Source: Syntrophales bacterium
GTDB lineage: Bacteria; Desulfobacterota; Syntrophia; Syntrophales; UBA2210
Assembly: GCA_963662405.2 (NCBI GenBank)
Contig: CAXXKT010000001.1
Location: forward strand, 448,001 to 512,000
DNA length: 64,000 nucleotides
Direction of reading: 5' to 3'
Shown here piece after piece: positions 33,698 through 43,999 of the stretch. The number at the start of each line of letters is the position of its first letter. The first letter of the stretch is position 1. A program made the position numbers and the translations under genes. The notes under the pieces were generated by a model. That model had not been told where the DNA came from and did not search any database. It saw only the letters and a list, made by a program, of their open reading frames with translations.

Positions 33698-35509
33698 TTA
33701 TCTGAAGAAATCGTAGACCTTGCTTATGATTGTTTTTTTGCCTTCGGACTCAGTCACCACTTTTTCTGGTTGAAAATGAGACTTCTTCTCAACGGGAGGA
33801 AATGCCGGGGACCGTTCGGGCTTCTTCTCAACGGGAGGAAACGCCGGGGAACGTTCGGGCTTCTCCTCCGCTTCAGGAGATCCTCCGGAGTTCTCCGGAA
33901 CCGTGGATTCAGCCGCCGGTTCCGATTCGCTCCCCGTGGGCTCGGGTACGGTTTGCTCCTGTCCCTCGGTCTTTGCCTGTCGCGGCCGTCTCCTCCTTCG
34001 GGCCGGTTTCCTGGCAACCGGTTTGGGCTTCTCCTCGGGAATTTCGACCACAGCTTCTCCGACAACGGGTTTTCGTTTTACCGTCTTGGAGTGAAATTCA
34101 CCCCACAGGAGGGCGGGATCTCCCTCAATGGTCACGGAGACACCGTGGAGACCCTCCAGTTTGCTGAGTTGGGTCCGTTTCTGGTTGAGGAGATAGGCGG
34201 TCACTTCCGGCGGAAGCGTCACGGTGATTTCCGAAGACTCCTCGTTGACCGCCTCCGACTTGATCCTCCGGAGCGCCCTGAGGGCCAGGTATTCGACGGA
34301 TGGTCGCATGCCGCTCCCCCGGCAATAGGGACAGATCGAATAGCTGATTTCCTGTATCGTGGACTGCTTTTTCTGGCGAGAGAGTTCCAGCATGCCGAAG
34401 CGGGATATCTTCGCCATCTGTATCCGGGACCGGTCGGTCTTCAGGGCATCCCGGAAGGTCTTTTCCACCTGGGTGATATGATCCTTGGCCATCATGTCGA
34501 TGAAATCGACGATGATCAGCCCCCCGAGGTCCCGCAGACGCAGTTGCCGAGCGATCTCTTCCGCCGCCTGGAGGTTGGTCTTGTAGGCCGTCTCCTCCAC
34601 ATCCCGCCGCTTCAGACGACCGGAGTTCACATCAATGGTAATCCCCGCCTCCGTGGGCTCTATGACAATGGACCCCCCCGACTTCAGGTTGACACGTGGT
34701 TGATAAATATCATTGATCTGGTCCTCAATACCATACTGATCGAACAGCGGTGTTTCCTCCTTGTAGAGCTTGATCATTCGCACATTCCGCGGTGAAACGG
34801 CCTTGCAGTACGCCTTCATCTTCCGAGCCGTTTCGGGATCATCAACCAATATCTCATTAATATCAGAGGTATAGTAGTCTCTGAACGCCCGGACGGCGAA
34901 ATCGGTCTCCTGGTATATCAACCCGGGGACCACCGTCTTCTCGGACTTCGTCTCGATATCCTTCCACAACCTGATCAGCATCTGGTAGTCCCGGACCAAC
35001 TCCTGCTTCGTCCGGTTCATTCCGGCGGTGCGCACGATAAAGCCCATGTCTTCTTTTTCAGTTATCTGGCCTACCAACGACTTGAGGCGTTTTCGGTCCG
35101 CTTCATTCTCGATCTTACGGGAAATACCGCTCCCCGGCCTGTTGGGCATGAGAACAAGGTACCGACCGGGGAGCGATATATGTGTCGTCAGCATTGCCCC
35201 CTTGCCTCCTTTTTCCTCACGCAAGACCTGGACGAGCAGCTTCTTTCCTACCGATAATTTTCGATTCTCACTGAAGTACTCGGAGGCGACATCGCGGAGC
35301 GGCAGGAACCCGCTCTTGCCGGCGCCGTAATCCACAAAGGCCGCCCGCAGTCCCTGTTGAACGTTCTGGACAACACCGTTGTATATATTGCCGGTTGTCG
35401 GTTCCCTGACGGACATCCGTATGTTGTAGTCCAACAGATTGCCGTCCTCGATAACGGCCATCCGGCTCTCTTCCTCATCAATCGTATTGATAAGCATCTT
35501 TTTAGTCAT
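33698..35509 (-). CDS. rne: Ribonuclease E/G family endoribonuclease
   Basis: GNIYNG, AAFVDYG, IDVNSG, LRLRDLGGLIIVDFIDM, CPYCRG; low-complexity C-terminus. Confidence 0.93.
   Translation of the reverse strand: MTKKMLINTIDEEESRMAVIEDGNLLDYNIRMSVREPTTGNIYNGVVQNVQQGLRAAFVDYGAGKSGFLPLRDVASEYFSENRKLSVGKKLLVQVLREEKGGKGAMLTTHISLPGRYLVLMPNRPGSGISRKIENEADRKRLKSLVGQITEKEDMGFIVRTAGMNRTKQELVRDYQMLIRLWKDIETKSEKTVVPGLIYQETDFAVRAFRDYYTSDINEILVDDPETARKMKAYCKAVSPRNVRMIKLYKEETPLFDQYGIEDQINDIYQPRVNLKSGGSIVIEPTEAGITIDVNSGRLKRRDVEETAYKTNLQAAEEIARQLRLRDLGGLIIVDFIDMMAKDHITQVEKTFRDALKTDRSRIQMAKISRFGMLELSRQKKQSTIQEISYSICPYCRGSGMRPSVEYLALRALRRIKSEAVNEESSEITVTLPPEVTAYLLNQKRTQLSKLEGLHGVSVTIEGDPALLWGEFHSKTVKRKPVVGEAVVEIPEEKPKPVARKPARRRRRPRQAKTEGQEQTVPEPTGSESEPAAESTVPENSGGSPEAEEKPERSPAFPPVEKKPERSPAFPPVEKKSHFQPEKVVTESEGKKTIISKVYDFFR
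33782..33868. repeat. 39-bp tandem repeat (2 copies plus partial) in the RNase E tail
   Basis: CTTCTTCTCAACGGGAGGAAAYGCCGGGGAMCGTTCGGG x2, encoding PERSPAFPPVEKK. Confidence 0.9.
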
Positions 35510-35594
35510 TACAATCCTCTTTCTGTTGACGTATGATGTAAACCCGCCTTCGGTAAAGCGGGCGGCGTCGTATTGTTTGCACGGCACGGACCTG

Positions 35595-36200
35595 TCAAAA
35601 CGCGTCCGTATCACCCTTACCCTCTCTGATGATCTCCGGGGCATCATCAACAAGGGCCACCACGGTCGACAGTTCCGGTGGCAGGATGCCGCTGTCTATC
35701 ACCAACTCGACGGCATGGCCGAGCTTATCATGGATAATATCCGGATCGGTTAAGATCTCCCCCTCAGGCATCTTGACGGTCGTGCTGATGATCGGTCCTC
35801 CGAATTCCCTGACAAGAGAGAGACAGACCTCGTGGTCCGGGATTCGGATCCCTACCTCTTTGCGCTTCGGGAGCAGGATCTTCGGGACAACCCGGGATGC
35901 TCCCAATACAAAGGTGTAGGGACCGGGGAGCAGCCGTTTCATGATCTTATACGCATAGTTGGTCACGACGGCATAGCTGCTTATATCACTCAGATCCGCA
36001 CAGATAAAACTGAAAGGCTGTGTCTTGCTCCTTCGCTTGATCTCGTATATCTTCTCGATCCCCCGCTTGTTGAAGAGGTCACACCCCATTCCGTACGCCG
36101 TGTCGGTCGGGTAGACAACAATGCCACCGTCACGCAGGACCTGGACAGCCTTGTGTATCAATCGCATCTGTGGATTTGTCTCGTGTATCTTTACCAGCAT
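35595..36200 (-). CDS. YciO-like Sua5/YrdC family protein
   Basis: IHETNPQ N-terminus (YciO-type), YPTDTAYG, LPGPYTF, VGIRIPD. Confidence 0.88.
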   Translation of the reverse strand: MLVKIHETNPQMRLIHKAVQVLRDGGIVVYPTDTAYGMGCDLFNKRGIEKIYEIKRRSKTQPFSFICADLSDISSYAVVTNYAYKIMKRLLPGPYTFVLGASRVVPKILLPKRKEVGIRIPDHEVCLSLVREFGGPIISTTVKMPEGEILTDPDIIHDKLGHAVELVIDSGILPPELSTVVALVDDAPEIIREGKGDTDAF

Positions 36201-36204
36201 CGCA

Positions 36205-37767
36205 TCATCCCCTCCGCAACAGAGCCCTCACCTCGGAACCGCCCAGGATAAGAGAGCTGATAACAAATACGGTAAATCCAACCGCTATCGTCACGATCAA
36301 AAAAAGCAGCCGCTCGCTGAAGGCCCCGGCGCTGTTCCACGCGAGCATCCTGCCGGCGATTCCGACCGCCGCCGCCATGACGGCCGACGCAAGGGTCGTT
36401 CGTGATACGGATACCCAAAAATCTCTTTGAAGAAACCGGCCGACCCTCCGTTCCAATATCACGGCCAGGACAACGATATTGACCGCGGAGGCGATCGAGG
36501 TCGCAAGGGCAAGACCGTTGTGCTTCAGCGGAAACATCAGGGCAACCCCCATGACCACATTGACGATCAGCGCCACGACCGCGATCTTCACGGGGGTCCG
36601 GGTGTCCTGAAGGGCGTAAAAGGCGGAGACCACAACACGAATACAGGAAAAGGCCCACAGACCGACGGCATATGACAAGAGGGCCTGGGCAGTCGGAATC
36701 GTTGACGCAATATCGAACTCACCCCGCTGGAAGAGAACGGAGATGATCGGCACCCGGAGAACGATCAGGGCCACCATCGACGGGATCGTGACAAATAGAA
36801 TCAATCGCAGAGAGAATGATATCGTTTTCTTCAACCGTTCATAATCCGCCCCGGCCGCCTGTTCCGAAAAACTGGGGAGAGCCGCCGTCCCCACCGCGAT
36901 GGCGAAGACACCGAGGGGAAGCTGCACTACCCGGTCGGCATAGTACAGATACGAGACGCTCCCTCCGGGGAGGAGAGAGGCCAGGATGGTCCCGATAAAG
37001 ATGCTCGCCTGATAAACGGCCGCCCCGAAAACAGCCGGGAGCATCAAGACGCCGATCCGCCGTATCCCCGGATGATTGAAACGGAAGCTCGGTCTGAGAC
37101 GCGCCCCCACCTTGCGCAGGAAGGGAAACTGCATCACAAGTTGCAGAACTCCCCCCGCCATCACCCCGACGGTGAGCGACAGGATCGGCTCGGCAAAGAA
37201 ATCCTTCAAGGCAAAAACGGCGGCGATCATGCAGATATTGAGAACCACCGGGGCGAGGGCCGGGGCCGCAAAGTGCCGCAGTGAATTGAGGATCCCCATA
37301 CACAGCGCCACTAACGATATGAAGAATATGTAAGGGAACATGAGACGAGTCAGAAACACCGTGAGGGCATATTTATCCGGAACATCGGCAAAACCGGGGG
37401 CCATGATCATCACGATCCAAGGGGAGAGCAGAATCCCCGCCACCGAGACCAGAGCCAGGACAATGGAGAGAAGAGTGAACGCGGCATTGGCCAGCTCAAG
37501 CGCCTCACTTCTGGATTGTTTCTTGAGGTACTCCGTAAAAACCGGGACGAAGGCAATGGTCAACGACCCCTCCGCAAAGAGGCGCCGGAGGAGGTTGGGT
37601 ATCCTGAAAGCCACGAAAAAGGCATCGGTGGCCATACCGGCCCCGAAAAAGCCGGCAATCACTACATCCCTGATAAAGCCGAACACCCGGCTGAGCAAGG
37701 TCGCAAGCCCGACAACCCACGCCGCTCTTACCACGCGGGTATTTTCTGTCTCTTTCTGTGGAATCAA
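36205..37767 (-). CDS. murJ: Lipid II flippase MurJ
   Basis: SRVFGFIRD, AFRIPNLLRRLFAEG, YADRVVQLPLG, FYALQDTRTP. Confidence 0.95.
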   Translation of the reverse strand: MIPQKETENTRVVRAAWVVGLATLLSRVFGFIRDVVIAGFFGAGMATDAFFVAFRIPNLLRRLFAEGSLTIAFVPVFTEYLKKQSRSEALELANAAFTLLSIVLALVSVAGILLSPWIVMIMAPGFADVPDKYALTVFLTRLMFPYIFFISLVALCMGILNSLRHFAAPALAPVVLNICMIAAVFALKDFFAEPILSLTVGVMAGGVLQLVMQFPFLRKVGARLRPSFRFNHPGIRRIGVLMLPAVFGAAVYQASIFIGTILASLLPGGSVSYLYYADRVVQLPLGVFAIAVGTAALPSFSEQAAGADYERLKKTISFSLRLILFVTIPSMVALIVLRVPIISVLFQRGEFDIASTIPTAQALLSYAVGLWAFSCIRVVVSAFYALQDTRTPVKIAVVALIVNVVMGVALMFPLKHNGLALATSIASAVNIVVLAVILERRVGRFLQRDFWVSVSRTTLASAVMAAAVGIAGRMLAWNSAGAFSERLLFLIVTIAVGFTVFVISSLILGGSEVRALLRRG

Positions 37768-37782
37768 ATTTACCGTGTTATC

Positions 37783-38436
37783 CTACTTGTCCACCCGATA
37801 CTCATCCGTGACGGCATACCCGGCATCTTCAAGGACCCTGCGAAGCTCGGTATTTTTATCTGTCCCCACGCGTATCAGCGTCGACTGAAAACCTTCGTTA
37901 TCCTCGTCAACGGCGGATATAATGGAAACGATCTTAAGGCCCATGCCGTTGATGATGCTCTCCACCTTCGCGATCTCTCCCGCGTTGCTCGACAGCTTGA
38001 GTCCAATACGACAACTCGGCGTGCTGTGCACCCCCATGAAATCAAGGAGCACATTGAGGAGATCGCAGGTGGTGATCAGGCCGATCAGTTCGTCACCGGC
38101 CACGACGGGAAGACTGTTGACGTGTTTTTCATTGATCACCCGTGCCGCTTCTTCAATCGTCGTCCCCGGCGTCGTCGTGAAGACCTTCTTGGTCATCACT
38201 TTTTTTACCTTGATCTCCGAGAGGAGGTAGTTCAGCTCGTGGACGGAAAGAGTCGTTGCCGGAGAGGGTGAATTGTCCCTGATGTCCCTGTCGGTAATAA
38301 TACCAACCAGCTTCTTTCCATCCACGACGGGAAGCTGGTCAATCTGTTTTTCTTTTAAGAGATTCTTGGCCTTGAGAATACTGGTCTCCGGAGTCACCGT
38401 GATCAGGTTTCTCGACATCTTTTTCCCTACAAACAT
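37783..38436 (-). CDS. CBS-pair plus ACT-like domain protein (AcuB-like)
   Basis: LPVVD...GIITDRD, SPATTLSVHELNYLL, second CBS, ACT-like tail. Confidence 0.85.
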   Translation of the reverse strand: MFVGKKMSRNLITVTPETSILKAKNLLKEKQIDQLPVVDGKKLVGIITDRDIRDNSPSPATTLSVHELNYLLSEIKVKKVMTKKVFTTTPGTTIEEAARVINEKHVNSLPVVAGDELIGLITTCDLLNVLLDFMGVHSTPSCRIGLKLSSNAGEIAKVESIINGMGLKIVSIISAVDEDNEGFQSTLIRVGTDKNTELRRVLEDAGYAVTDEYRVDK

Positions 38437-38461
38437 ACCAATACCCTCCGGTTTCGTGCGT

Positions 38462-38932
38462 TTAAACTGCGGCACTCTTCACCAGTTTTCTGATCCTCTT
38501 CTTGAGCCGGTTGAGTCTTCTCCTCAGACGGTTCACGCCCGCCTTGTCTCCCTGTTCCTTCAGATCGGCCTTTTTCTCTTTCAACTCGGCCATCTTCTGC
38601 TTGAGAGACGATACCGTCTCCGCACCCTTCTCGGGGACCTTTCCACGTTTTTTCTCAGGTTTCTTCTGCGGTTTCTTTTCTTCTTTCTGAGACGATTCTC
38701 CGGCGGGTTCCGCTTCCTTCGCGGTCTCTTCGGTCACCTTCTCAGTTTCCTGTTTCTTCGGTTCGGCCGGGCCCGCTTCCCCCTCCTGTGCTGCATTACC
38801 ACGCGCAGCGCTGATAGCCTCTATCAAATCCGCCTTCTTCATGGCGCTGATCCCCTCGATCGTCCCGGTCTCTCGGGCGATTTCCTTCAGCTCAGGTACT
38901 GTGTAGTCTTCGAGACTCTTTCCATTTGTCAT
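38462..38932 (-). CDS. Rho termination factor N-terminal-domain protein
   Basis: TVPELKEIA...GISAMKKADLIEAI; basic helical C-terminus. Confidence 0.75.
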   Translation of the reverse strand: MTNGKSLEDYTVPELKEIARETGTIEGISAMKKADLIEAISAARGNAAQEGEAGPAEPKKQETEKVTEETAKEAEPAGESSQKEEKKPQKKPEKKRGKVPEKGAETVSSLKQKMAELKEKKADLKEQGDKAGVNRLRRRLNRLKKRIRKLVKSAAV

Positions 38933-39155
38933 AGCATTCTCCCCCCTCCTCGGACTGACAGCTTGGTTAAACAAAACTTTCATAGGACAATCACAAACCA
39001 CAACCTTTAGCCTTATAGCACAAGAGGTTTTTCAAAATCAAATACAATCAGAGAGATAGGGGCAGGAACCTGAATTATGCGGGGAAAACCGGCTCCCCTG
39101 AAAAGGGCGCTTTGTTCTTTTTCAAATGACGATAATCCTGTATATCATGCACGGT

Positions 39156-42100
39156 ATGAACACGGCATCTCCTGATATACGATCCCTGCAGAAGAGGATA
39201 CGCTCCGGGGTGGGAAAGGCGCTTGCCCCCGACCGGCGTATCATCACCGGAGAGCTGCGCCGCATAGAGAAGGCCCTTGAAAAAAACCGGAACGAGCAGG
39301 GAGTATTGGCACGCCTCACACGGTTGGAGAAGAGGGTCCATGCCTCCATACAAAAGAGGGAGGCCCGCCGGGCCCATCTCCCGCAGGTGACCTATCCCGC
39401 ATCGCTCCCCATCGCGCAGAAGAAGGACGAGATCGTGGCGGCCATCCGCGCACACCGGGTCGTCGTCATCACCGGCGAGACCGGTTCCGGGAAGACCACG
39501 CAGATCCCCAAGATGTGTATCGAGGCGGGGCGCGGTGTCGACGGGATGATCGGGTGCACCCAGCCCCGGCGAATCGCCGCGATTACGGTCGCCCGGCGCA
39601 TCGCCGACGAGTTGAAGGAGACGGTGGGGCGGTCCGTCGGCTACAAGATCCGCTTCCAGGACGTCACGAACCGGGATATCCACATGAAGGTGATGACCGA
39701 CGGGGTCCTCCTGATGGAGACCCAGGCGGACCGGTTCCTCAACGCCTACGACACCCTGATCATCGACGAGGCCCACGAACGGAGCACAAACATCGACTTT
39801 CTCCTGGGGATACTCAAGGACCTCCTCAACCGGCGGAAGGACCTTAAGCTCATCATCACCTCCGCGACCATCGACCCCCAGACCTTCTCGAAGGCCTTCG
39901 ACGATGCCCCCATCATCGAGGTGTCGGGGCGGATGTACCCGGTGGAGGTTCGCTGGCTGCCCCTCGATTCGAAGGCGAATGACGAGGAACCCTCCCACGT
40001 CGACGCGGCGGTCCGGGCGGTGGTTGAACTGGAACGCGAAGGGCCGGGGGACATCCTCGTCTTCATGCCGACCCAGCAGGACATCGTGGACACCTGCGCC
40101 GCTCTTGAAGGGAGGAGGCGCGGCGAGGCGACCGTCCTCCCCCTCTTCGGACGCCTCTCGTCATCGCAGCAGCAGCGCGTCTTCGCACGGACACGGACAC
40201 GGAAGATCGTCGTCGCCACCAACGTGGCGGAGACCTCCATCACGATCCCCGGGATCCGCTACGTCATCGACACGGGACTCGCGCGGATAGCGGAATACAA
40301 CCCCGGCACCCGGACCGGGCGGCTCCCCGTGAAGGGGATCTCGAAGAGCAGCGCCATTCAGCGGACGGGACGGTGCGGACGGGTGCAGGACGGTATCTGC
40401 GTCCGTCTCTACGCCGAAGACGATTTCGAGGACCGTCCCTTCTTCACCCCCCCGGAGATCCTCCGCTCCAACCTGGCCGAGGTGATCCTCCGGATGATCG
40501 CCCTCAAGATCGGTGACATCGCCTCCTTCCCCTTCATCGATCCCCCTTCCCCTCATGCCGTCCGGGACGGCCTCGCCCTCCTCCATGAACTGGGGGCCAT
40601 CGAGACGGAGGGGAAGGAAACGCGCCTGACCGAGCGGGGGAGGGAAATGGCACGTCTCCCCCTCGACCCCCGGATCGCTCGCATGATCCTCGACGCCGAG
40701 AAGGAGGGGTGCCGGGAGGAGGTGATCGTCATCGCCGCCGCCCTCTCCATCCAAGACCCCCGGGAGCGCCCCCTCGAAAAGGAACAGGCGGCCGACCAGG
40801 CGCACCGGCCCTTCATCAACCCGGCCTCCGACTTCATTACCCTTCTGAACATCTGGAACCGGTACCACGAGGTCTTCAAGGCGGAGAAGACACAGAACCG
40901 GATGCGCCGCTTCTGCAAGGACCATTTCCTCTCGTACCGCCGGATGCGGGAATGGCGGGACGTGCGCGACCAGATAGAGCAGATCCTGAAAGAGGCCGGC
41001 CACCGGAAGAAACCACACAGGCTCCAGGGAGAGGCCCTCTACGCGGGGATTCACCGGGCCATCCTGGGGGGATACCTCTCCAGCATCGGGATCAAAAAGG
41101 AAAAGAACATCTACCGCATGGCGAAGGGGAAAGAGGCGATGCTCTTCCCCGGATCGGGGCTCTTCAACCGCGGGGGGGACTGGATCGTCTCGGCCGAACT
41201 GGTGGAGACATCGCGGCTCTTCGCCCGGATGAGCGCCGTCATCCAGCCTGAATGGCTGGAGGAAGTCGCGGGCGATCTGTGCCGCCGCACCTACCTGGAG
41301 CCGCACTGGGAGAAGAACCGGGGCGAGGTGGTGGCAACCGAGCAGGTCTCCCTCCACGGCCTGATCATCATCCCGGGACGGCCCGTCTCGTTCGGCCGCA
41401 TCGATCCCGCACAGGCCACGAAGGTCTTCATCCGGAGCGCCCTCGTTGAAGGTGAGGTCCGAACCCCGCCTCCCTTCCTGGCCCATAACCTGAACCTGAT
41501 GGACGAGGTGGCCGGGATGGAGGACAAGATCCGCCGGCGTGACATCCTGGTGAGCGAGGATATCCTTACCCGGTTCTACGAGGAGCGGATCGGGATCGCT
41601 TATAATATCAGGACATTGAATAAACTGATCAAGGACAGGGGGGGAGACGGATTCCTCCGCATGGCCAGGGACCAGCTCATGGGGTACGATCCGGAGGAGG
41701 AGATCGCCCGGTATCCGGACAAGATCACCGTGGGGACTCGGGTCCTGACCTGCGCATACCGGTTCGAACCGGGCGGGGAGGACGACGGCGTCACGATCCG
41801 CATCCCCGCCGACACCGCCGCGGCCCTCCCCCTGGAAAGTGCCGACTGGCAGATCCCCGCCCTCCTGAAAGAGAAGGTAACCCATCTCCTCAAGGGCCTC
41901 CCCAAGGAGTATCGCCGGAAGCTGGTCCCCATTCCGCAGACGGTGGAGACCGTTCTTACCGGTATGGAAAAAGATGTCGGCGTCCCCCTGATCACAGCCC
42001 TGGCGCGTTTCATCCACGAGCGGTACAACGTCAGCGTTCCGGCCGCGGCCTGGCCCACCGAGAGCCTCCCCGACCATCTGCGGATGCGCTTCGCCATCGT

Positions 42101-43085
42101 GAACGAAAAGGGGAAGGAGGTTCGCTCCGCCCGCGACATCGATCAGCTCCGCGTAAAATCCTCTCCAGGAAAAGATTCGTCGGTCCTGAAGACGGCGCGG
42201 AAGCGATGGGAACGGGAGGGGATCACGGCGTGGAATTTCGACGACCTCCCCGCAGATATCCCGCTGAAGGGGAAAGGATCGGCATTCCCCGCACTGACGA
42301 GAGGAGAAGAGGGGAGCGTCGCCCTCCGCCTCTTCGGCGAGCGGGAGCAGGCGGCCGCCGCGCACCGTGAGGGGATCGCCGCCCTGTACGAAGTCACCCT
42401 GAAAAAGGATATGACCTTTCTAAAGAAGAGCCTCGCCCTCCCGAAGGAGTTCCACGTCGCCGCCCGCGCCTGCGGGGGCGTGAAGGCGATCGAGCAGGCA
42501 CTCTACCGGAAAGTCGTCCGATCCCTCTTGGAACGGGACATGCGGACAAAGGATGCCTTCGACGAATACGCGAAGACGGCGCGACAGGCCCTCTTTCCCC
42601 AGGCGCAGGAACTCCTGCAAAACGTCATCCCGGTGCTCAGGGCGCGGGGAGAAGCCGGCGAGGCCCTCCGGCGGCTGGAGATGTCCAGCCGGGGCAACCG
42701 GGCCGCCCAGCAATTCATTGCCGACCTCAGGTCTGATATCGACCGCCTGCTCCCGGAAGGATTCGTCGATCTTTATGATGAGGAGCGACTGCAGAATATC
42801 CCACGGTACCTGAAGGCCCTCGTGACCCGCGCCGAACGGGGGATCACCCACCTCGACAAGGACGCGGCCAAGGCCGCCAACGTCAGGCCCTTTACCGACA
42901 AGCTGGCTGAAATGCGGAATGGAGTTTCCTCACCCTCCCCGGAGCGGCGGCAGGCCTTGGAAGAGTACCGGTGGATGGTGGAAGAGTACCGGATCTCCGT
43001 CTTCGCCCCCGAGATGAAGACCGCCCGTCCCGTCTCCCCCAAGCGGCTCCAAGAGAAGATCGGCCAGATCGAACGGATGCTCTGA
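39156..43085 (+). CDS. hrpA: ATP-dependent RNA helicase HrpA
   Basis: GETGSGKTTQ, TQPRRIAA, DEAH, SAT, QRTGRCGR, C-terminal EEYRISVFA. Confidence 0.95.
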   Translation: MNTASPDIRSLQKRIRSGVGKALAPDRRIITGELRRIEKALEKNRNEQGVLARLTRLEKRVHASIQKREARRAHLPQVTYPASLPIAQKKDEIVAAIRAHRVVVITGETGSGKTTQIPKMCIEAGRGVDGMIGCTQPRRIAAITVARRIADELKETVGRSVGYKIRFQDVTNRDIHMKVMTDGVLLMETQADRFLNAYDTLIIDEAHERSTNIDFLLGILKDLLNRRKDLKLIITSATIDPQTFSKAFDDAPIIEVSGRMYPVEVRWLPLDSKANDEEPSHVDAAVRAVVELEREGPGDILVFMPTQQDIVDTCAALEGRRRGEATVLPLFGRLSSSQQQRVFARTRTRKIVVATNVAETSITIPGIRYVIDTGLARIAEYNPGTRTGRLPVKGISKSSAIQRTGRCGRVQDGICVRLYAEDDFEDRPFFTPPEILRSNLAEVILRMIALKIGDIASFPFIDPPSPHAVRDGLALLHELGAIETEGKETRLTERGREMARLPLDPRIARMILDAEKEGCREEVIVIAAALSIQDPRERPLEKEQAADQAHRPFINPASDFITLLNIWNRYHEVFKAEKTQNRMRRFCKDHFLSYRRMREWRDVRDQIEQILKEAGHRKKPHRLQGEALYAGIHRAILGGYLSSIGIKKEKNIYRMAKGKEAMLFPGSGLFNRGGDWIVSAELVETSRLFARMSAVIQPEWLEEVAGDLCRRTYLEPHWEKNRGEVVATEQVSLHGLIIIPGRPVSFGRIDPAQATKVFIRSALVEGEVRTPPPFLAHNLNLMDEVAGMEDKIRRRDILVSEDILTRFYEERIGIAYNIRTLNKLIKDRGGDGFLRMARDQLMGYDPEEEIARYPDKITVGTRVLTCAYRFEPGGEDDGVTIRIPADTAAALPLESADWQIPALLKEKVTHLLKGLPKEYRRKLVPIPQTVETVLTGMEKDVGVPLITALARFIHERYNVSVPAAAWPTESLPDHLRMRFAIVNEKGKEVRSARDIDQLRVKSSPGKDSSVLKTARKRWEREGITAWNFDDLPADIPLKGKGSAFPALTRGEEGSVALRLFGEREQAAAAHREGIAALYEVTLKKDMTFLKKSLALPKEFHVAARACGGVKAIEQALYRKVVRSLLERDMRTKDAFDEYAKTARQALFPQAQELLQNVIPVLRARGEAGEALRRLEMSSRGNRAAQQFIADLRSDIDRLLPEGFVDLYDEERLQNIPRYLKALVTRAERGITHLDKDAAKAANVRPFTDKLAEMRNGVSSPSPERRQALEEYRWMVEEYRISVFAPEMKTARPVSPKRLQEKIGQIERML

Positions 43086-43154
43086 GAAAATCCGGATCCG
43101 TAATATTTCTTTAAAACAAAGACCACAATAAGAACAGGCTTGAAATTTATTTTA

Positions 43155-43190
43155 TTTCTTGATATTGCTCTGCAAAAGCAATTAAGGAAA
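43155..43190 (+). promoter_or_regulatory. Inverted repeat, candidate AbiEi autoregulatory operator
   Basis: TTTCTT-GAT-ATTGCT-N7-AGCAAT-T-AAGGAAA immediately upstream of abiEi. Confidence 0.45.
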
Positions 43191-43195
43191 ATATC

Positions 43196-43999
43196 ATGAA
43201 GGCAAAGGGGTCGGGACTGGGCAATCTTTCATCACGATTTTTTGCCTATACCCAACTCAAGAAGAAAGACCTTGTCCGCACCGGGGAGCTATCTCCCGTT
43301 TTGAACATTACAGCATCACAGGAAAATGGTCTGCTTCGCCGCCTGTCAGACGCGGGATGGATTGTCAGGCTCAAGCGGGGTATATACCTTGTTCCGCCTC
43401 GTATCCCTGCCGGTGGCACATACAGTCCGGGTATCGCCCTGATCCTTCAAAAGCTCATGAAAGAAGTGAGCGGCACTTATCAGATCTGTGGGCCACCCGC
43501 CTTTAATTTTTACGGGCTCGATGACCAGATCCCGACCATTACCTACGTTTACAATAATCGTATTTCAGGAAGTCGCAGGATAGGAAACCTGTCATTTCAG
43601 TTCATAAAAGTTGCCGATGACCGACTTGGTGCCACCAGTGTTTTTCGTACAAGCGAGGGGACCGAAACCACCTATTCTTCCAAAGCCAGAACCCTCATGG
43701 ATGCGGTATATGACTGGTCCCGCTTCAATAGCCTGCCCCGTGGGTACGACTGGATCAGGAGAGAGATCAAGGAAGACTTGGAGCTTGGGGCGGAACTCGT
43801 CACGGTGATCGGGCAATACGGAAATCAGGCAACAGCCCGGCGGATTGGTTATCTTCTTGATTCCTTTTTACAGGACCGCGCCATTCTTACAGAACTCCAG
43901 CGACAGCTCAGTGTTTCCAAGGCCCTCATCCCCTGGATCCCCGTAAAGCCAGCCAGAGGCACTATCAATAGAAAATGGGGGGTCATCGTCAATGAATAG
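43196..43999 (+). CDS. abiEi: Type IV toxin-antitoxin antitoxin, AbiEi family
   Basis: wHTH end RLKRGIY, AFNFYGLDDQIP, RTLMD, RRIGYLL, C-terminal KWGVIVN; overlaps the toxin start. Confidence 0.85.
   Translation: MKAKGSGLGNLSSRFFAYTQLKKKDLVRTGELSPVLNITASQENGLLRRLSDAGWIVRLKRGIYLVPPRIPAGGTYSPGIALILQKLMKEVSGTYQICGPPAFNFYGLDDQIPTITYVYNNRISGSRRIGNLSFQFIKVADDRLGATSVFRTSEGTETTYSSKARTLMDAVYDWSRFNSLPRGYDWIRREIKEDLELGAELVTVIGQYGNQATARRIGYLLDSFLQDRAILTELQRQLSVSKALIPWIPVKPARGTINRKWGVIVNE

Noticed and set aside
40161..42365. Long antisense ORFs (also 17460-18782, 19283-20428, 28101-29414, 33584-34795, 58738-60477)
   Set aside because: Shadow frames of well-supported genes in GC-rich DNA, with no recognisable motifs
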